Assembly: GCA_046563655.1 (NCBI GenBank)
Contig: CM102286.1
Coordinates: 62,001-126,000 of the forward strand
Source of the DNA: Yuukianura sp. NJ FZ-2021
Lineage: Eukaryota
Direction: 5' to 3'
DNA length: 64,000 bases
Each line of letters starts with the position of its first letter. Position 1 is the first letter of the stretch. Below are positions 56,775 through 64,000 of the stretch, piece after piece. A program made the translations under genes and the position numbers. Under the pieces are notes generated by a model. It saw only the letters and a list, made by a program, of their open reading frames with translations. It did no database searches and was not told the origin of the DNA.

Positions 56775-58981
56775 CTGGAACGGTGCATGTGGGGAATCAG
56801 GCGAAGCAACCATTAGATTTTGTAGGTTACTTTTGTGGATAATTCGTTTAGTATGCTCGCTCAGGTCACCCACTTTAGATACGTCATTCAATTTATTCTT
56901 GCCTATTTAATGAATTTGTTCAATTAAAGTCTGGTTATTATTGTAATATCAATCAACCATTGTGATTGTATGGTTTTCCTTGGGGATTTGACTTTCTCCG
57001 CGGGAATTGGCGAATATTCGGGGATCTGGCGCTGTTCAAAGTGCTTCAACAACTTAACGTCATCGCTTCGGCGTAAATCCTGAATTTAGTTGAGCTAATT
57101 AATAGTATGCGAAATTTCATAGGTATTTGTCTAGGGAGTTATTAGAATTATCTCTTCTAAGACGAAATTTTAGGAATTCGTGCAATCGCAGAATATGCTA
57201 TTCTCACTCTTCCGCGAGTCTGCGTTTCTGAGGAATAGGAAGGTCTCTCTCTTCTTCTTTTTTTCCTGTTTCCCTCCTCACCATTTCGTCACTTCTCCGT
57301 CTCTCTCCGGTCTCCATACATCTCGCAGCCGCTTACTCGGGTCATCGTCTCTTCTAATTAGTAATTTGGATCTCTGAAAACATAATCTACAGCATCATCG
57401 AGATTTCTTCTTAACTACTACATCAGGTGAGAAACATATTCTCTGTTAGTCTTATGTGTTTGAATCTGTATCACAGTATCTCGTCTTTCTCGTCCATGTT
57501 TTACTGATTAACTTCTACTTTCCAATTACAGTTGAAGTTCTATTGGAGAGGGGAATCAAGATGTAGGTCAGGTCAATTGAGACTTCTCTCAAAGCTGACC
57601 TGATCAAAATCGACACGTACATTGACCCTCAATACACGGGTTACTAACAACTAAGGCAGAATCCAGTCGGAGTAGGTGAGTAACCTTTGATTTCCTACGC
57701 TATCTAGCTAAGGTGTCCAGGGTCTAAACATACTTGGCCACAACAATACATGAATTCCCTTTTATTCTAGTAATTGAGGATTCATAGTTGTCCAATTTCC
57801 ATTTAAATGTTATGTGTTTTGGTTGTTGCTAGTCGAAAGGCATGCCCCATTCTCGACACTTCTTACGAACCCATTTCCGTTTCACAAATTGCGGGTCCTT
57901 CTTAGGGAAATCGATACAGGTTTTGTTTTTCATGCTCTGGCAGTGCTCGTCCTCTATACAGGTCATGAGCGCATAGTCTCTCGCTTCTGTAGATTTCTCC
58001 AGACTAGCGTTGGCCAGTTTGAGTTCTTATCAAACAAAATCAATTAACATTCACATGGAATCTAGCTGGTTAGTTGGACTTACTGTAACATGAACCCACT
58101 TTCTGTTCACATCCACCTTCCATTGCCCCGGATGCATGAAGAGTTAGAAGGAGAAGGGTAATGAAGAGGGAACATGTTAGACGCCAATCACTGGGCAGTG
58201 CATGAGTCCAGTTGTATCCAACTGATTTCCAAGTTGATTCCTGGACCATTCCACCTTAACTTCGTTAATTCTTTCTTCTTGTACGTACTAACTAACTGCT
58301 GAGTAATGGAAGGCTTTGAGCACTGAATGCCAAAAACCCTTGACATTAACATACTGCTTGTTCATTATTTTATGTTTATTGATCTGTAGCCTTGAAATAC
58401 AACAATCAGTCAATTATAATTATAAAAGTCATGACGTTAATTGACAGTGCTGGGTTTTGTCTTGGTTGCTACTGTTTTTAGCTGAATCCGATCGGCTGGC
58501 AATAAGAGATGTACAGTTAGTTAAGGTAGCATGGTATGCAATAATGTGTTCAACTTAATAATTTAGATAAACAGTTTTACATTTTGCCTCATTTGTCATT
58601 TGTACGACTTCCACACTAATGAAAATGTTAGGCTTGGGATTGGGTATTGAATACTTATTGTGCATGGTTTGTCTCAGTTGGAATGAAGCCTCCTTGGAAT
58701 TACTTTCCCTCTGGCGGCATTCAAAACATTCAAAAGTGACACAGGAAAATAGAATTTAGAAAGAGACAAAAACATAAAACTCAGTCATAGTTTTGAGCTC
58801 AAGATCAAAACTTATTTCTTACTTTCAGCAAAAGGAATTAAAACAGTTAAGATTTCTTACTATTTAACTTGGTTTTCATAGTTTGTGTTAGTAGTTAATC
58901 TTAACTAGTGTATTACAAGTAAAAAAAAAACATTGGTGTGTAATATGTTTTAAAATGTTGTTCAATTTCAGGAGGCGTAAG

Positions 58982-60976
58982 ATGGCTAACTTTGGATATC
59001 AAACCCCTGGAATGACCCCAGCGGGAAACAGGACGGCGGATGATGGACAGACAGAAACTGTTGACCTGTCAGAGGTCAACATGCTCAAGTTCTTGGTGAT
59101 GCTGGTGAACAGAGACATTGCTGAGGTTGGACTGGCCAATCCCTTGACAATCCAAGACCTCGACTGCCTCGATCAAAACACCTTTGTCAAAATACTCATC
59201 TTCCTCCTCACTGCCCATGGTCTCTACACGGCTGACCAGATTTTGGTAAGTCATGCAATGATCCTGTGTTTTCCCCACTTCTCTCACTCTATTCCAGTAT
59301 TCCTTGGTTTGATAGGGCAAACGAGAACTACTGCTGCGACTCAAGGACGGAGACCTGCCCGTCATTGAATATAATGCCACTACCGACCACATCTATTATG
59401 CAACCAAGGCACTTTTTCCTGATGGAGATGAAACTTTCAGCTACGCCATGCTACTCAAGCCGCAGTCAAGTAAGACTTCCTTTGATTTCTAGTCAACCAA
59501 CTTGAAAACATTCTTATCTATTATCATTATCTTATATTATCATATTATGTGTTCTTTGTTTCAGATCCCAAGGCAGTCAAAGCTGTGCTTCAATACCTCA
59601 TGAAATTCACTGTCTTTGCTGAAAATCTTTCCGAGGCCTTTGAACAAATTAATGTCGACGTAGCAGCGGAATTTGCCCAGAGAAACGAACTGCATCGCCA
59701 AATTGATGCCATCACTGTTAAACTCGCAGAGAGAGCCAGTCAACTGGACATGAAACGAAGCGGCGTCATTGGTGTAAGACTGAACACCAGAAATGAATGC
59801 TTGACGGAAAAGAATGATGACGTTAACATTGTGTGTTGTAATTCCAGTTGCAGCAAACTCTGAATGTGAAGAATGTGGAGCTGGCGAAAGAGGAAGACGT
59901 CCTTGTAGAACTGGAAAAAGAACTGGCCAAGTATAAAAAAATTTACGACACGCAGGAACAGGACAAATTGCGTATGGAGAGAACTCTGGAAGAAGCTCAG
60001 CAACATCGAGCGAGATTGGAATCCAAGATAGTTTCCAACCCAGAAGTCATTCAACTTCAGCACAAGTTCGAGACAGAGAAGGCAAGCATTTCACAGATTC
60101 TGCTCCTTTTCCTTATTCAAATGTTCATTTATTGAGTTTGTGCGTTTGCATAGTTGGCAGAGTTGATTCAAGAGCGGGAAGAGGTTGGACAGCAGTTGGA
60201 TCAAGTGACTGCGGAAGACCAATGGGTGGACGAACTTGTTAAGAAGGGGGAAACACTTCTTGTTCGACTGGAGGAGTGCTGTGCCAAAATGGTGGAAGTG
60301 GCGTAAGTCCCTAGTTAGAATAGTTTTTTTAAACTAATTTTTACTGATTTTGTGTTTTTGTTTTGCAGGGGAATGTACAATGAGCAAAAGGGGGTGGATA
60401 ATCTGCTGCTGAACCTTGAAGCCGAGTTGAAAGTGATTACGACCAACTTGCGACATCTGAACATAACCAAGGAGAAGCTGATTGAGGAGAATGAGGGCGA
60501 GTTGAGACAGATCTCGAGCAAATTGGCTGAAATGGACGAAGAATTGGACGTGCTCAGATCGTGAGACCCTCAGAATTCTATGCGAAATTAAATAAGTTGC
60601 TCAAAACTAAGTTTTGTATTTGTTTAATTTGTTTATAGGAAAGTTATGACCGTGAAAGGAAGGATGGTTCATAACGAAGCTGTAAAGCAGGATATTGTGA
60701 AGCGCTTGGGAGAGTTGAATGCTGAAATTGCTGAAAAAGAACAGCACATTGCGGACAACGAGATGTGGCTGAAGAGGGAAGTGACTGCTGAGCTGGTTGA
60801 TGTGGTGAGAAAATTTCGTTAGTTTTCATCCACACTACTTTAATATTTCAATAATTGAGTATTTACTTGTGATTTGTGGTTTATTTTAGGCTGTGAGGCT
60901 CAAAACCCTGCGGGAGGACTTCAAGCGGAAGATTGAGCACGTCTATTCGGAGTACCGCAAACCTAGGCCAATGTGA
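58982..60976 (+). CDS. Nuf2: Nuf2-like kinetochore protein (divergent CH-like domain plus long coiled coil)
   Basis: Eight exons in frame. PKAVKAVLQYLMKF helix and LESKIVSNPE motif resemble Nuf2, followed by coiled coil. GC donor at 60082. Candidate 5'UTR exons at ~57290-57426 and 57531-57675. Confidence 0.6.
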
Positions 60977-61755
60977 AACCAACATTCCTCAACTGCCAAT
61001 TCCACCACTACTCACCAACTGCCTTACTACAAAGCTAAATATAAGTATGAATTATCTTAATTAAAGTATTGTTTCTACTCAAAATGGACGGTTGTCCCCT
61101 GCTTCATTCGTTTACTTCCAGAAAAGTACGAATTTCTAGTAAATTCAGTGTCTTCAAATGTGCGAAAATAAATTTTCCCGTTCCAAAACAGACTTTTGAA
61201 TAGAAAGTTTCAAAAAAAAATTTTTTTAGTTCCAAAAATAGACTTCTAAAAATGGATTTTCTAGTTCCAAAATTATATTTTTTCCTCGTAAAATAAGTTT
61301 TGCCATTCTAAAAATTGATTTTTCGTTCTATCGGTTTTCCAGATAACAATTTTGATGGTTTTATTTCCGAATTAGTTTTGGACTAACTTTACACTAAATT
61401 AGTGTCTCTTTAGAGTCCAATCGTTACGCAATGTGTCTAAATCTTTGTACAACATTTCTTACTTAAAATATTTCTCCCACTGAGGAGCACAATGAAAAAG
61501 AAGAGTAGAAAGTAAGCCAAGAGAGATCAAACTTAACATTGAAAAATAATATAAATGCCCGAATGCCTACGACAATGATGAGCTCGTAATTGTGCTTGCG
61601 ATGTCTTACTTTTAAATACTACCAACGCTAATTTGAAGTATACAAATGTTCAAGTTCTACAACAATTAATATAACAAGTAGTTGAAAAATTCACAAGAGG
61701 AAAAGGGAAACGCTTGTTGCTTAAAAAGTGATGGAATGTCCTTGGAAATGTGCCT

Positions 61756-63809
<2,054 letters not shown>

Positions 63810-64000
63810 CTTCCAATATCGCTCAAGCAATGGATCTGAAAAAACAACAACAATCAAACGTTTGTGAATCTTTCTTCATTTTCATTTATAGTGTTAAGTG
63901 AAAGTAACATGCATGTTTCTGCAAGGAGATACCCGGTTATGTTATGTCAATGGAAACCAATAGTTGAAGGTTCGGATAGCGTAAAAAAATCGTTTTTAAA

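Overview
This is gene-dense eukaryotic DNA with short GT-AG introns, from an arthropod and plausibly a springtail-like hexapod (inference). In order it holds: the 3' end of an SLC13/Indy transporter, tRNA-Arg(CCT), Homer, an SK (KCNN) channel, a secreted Kunitz protein, an odorant-binding-protein-like gene, PDCD5, a secreted EF-hand protein and a D-amino-acid/D-aspartate oxidase. Next comes a ~16 kb block (26087-42155) bracketed by a near-identical ~0.78 kb direct duplication. That block carries a 5'-truncated RRN3, an intact ALG1, a disabled ALG6, a stand-alone BED-finger ORF, a divergent zinc-knuckle vasa-like helicase, a foldback element, a 3'-truncated SUN-like membrane protein and a second EF-hand gene. 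After it lie a resilin-like cuticle protein, nervy/CBFA2T, a CG13380-like zinc protein, a Nuf2-like gene and a C2H2 zinc-finger gene. Highlights: (1) the SK gene has two alternative multi-exon pore cassettes plus two same-length alternative S6/calmodulin-binding exons; (2) the repeat-flanked 16 kb gene-cargo block appears to be decaying; (3) Helentron/Helitron-like elements carry a shared 59-bp satellite; (4) the OBP gene seems to need a TT splice donor; (5) proneural, Su(H) and bHLH-repressor motifs cluster around nervy. All gene models were spliced by eye and no database searches were run.
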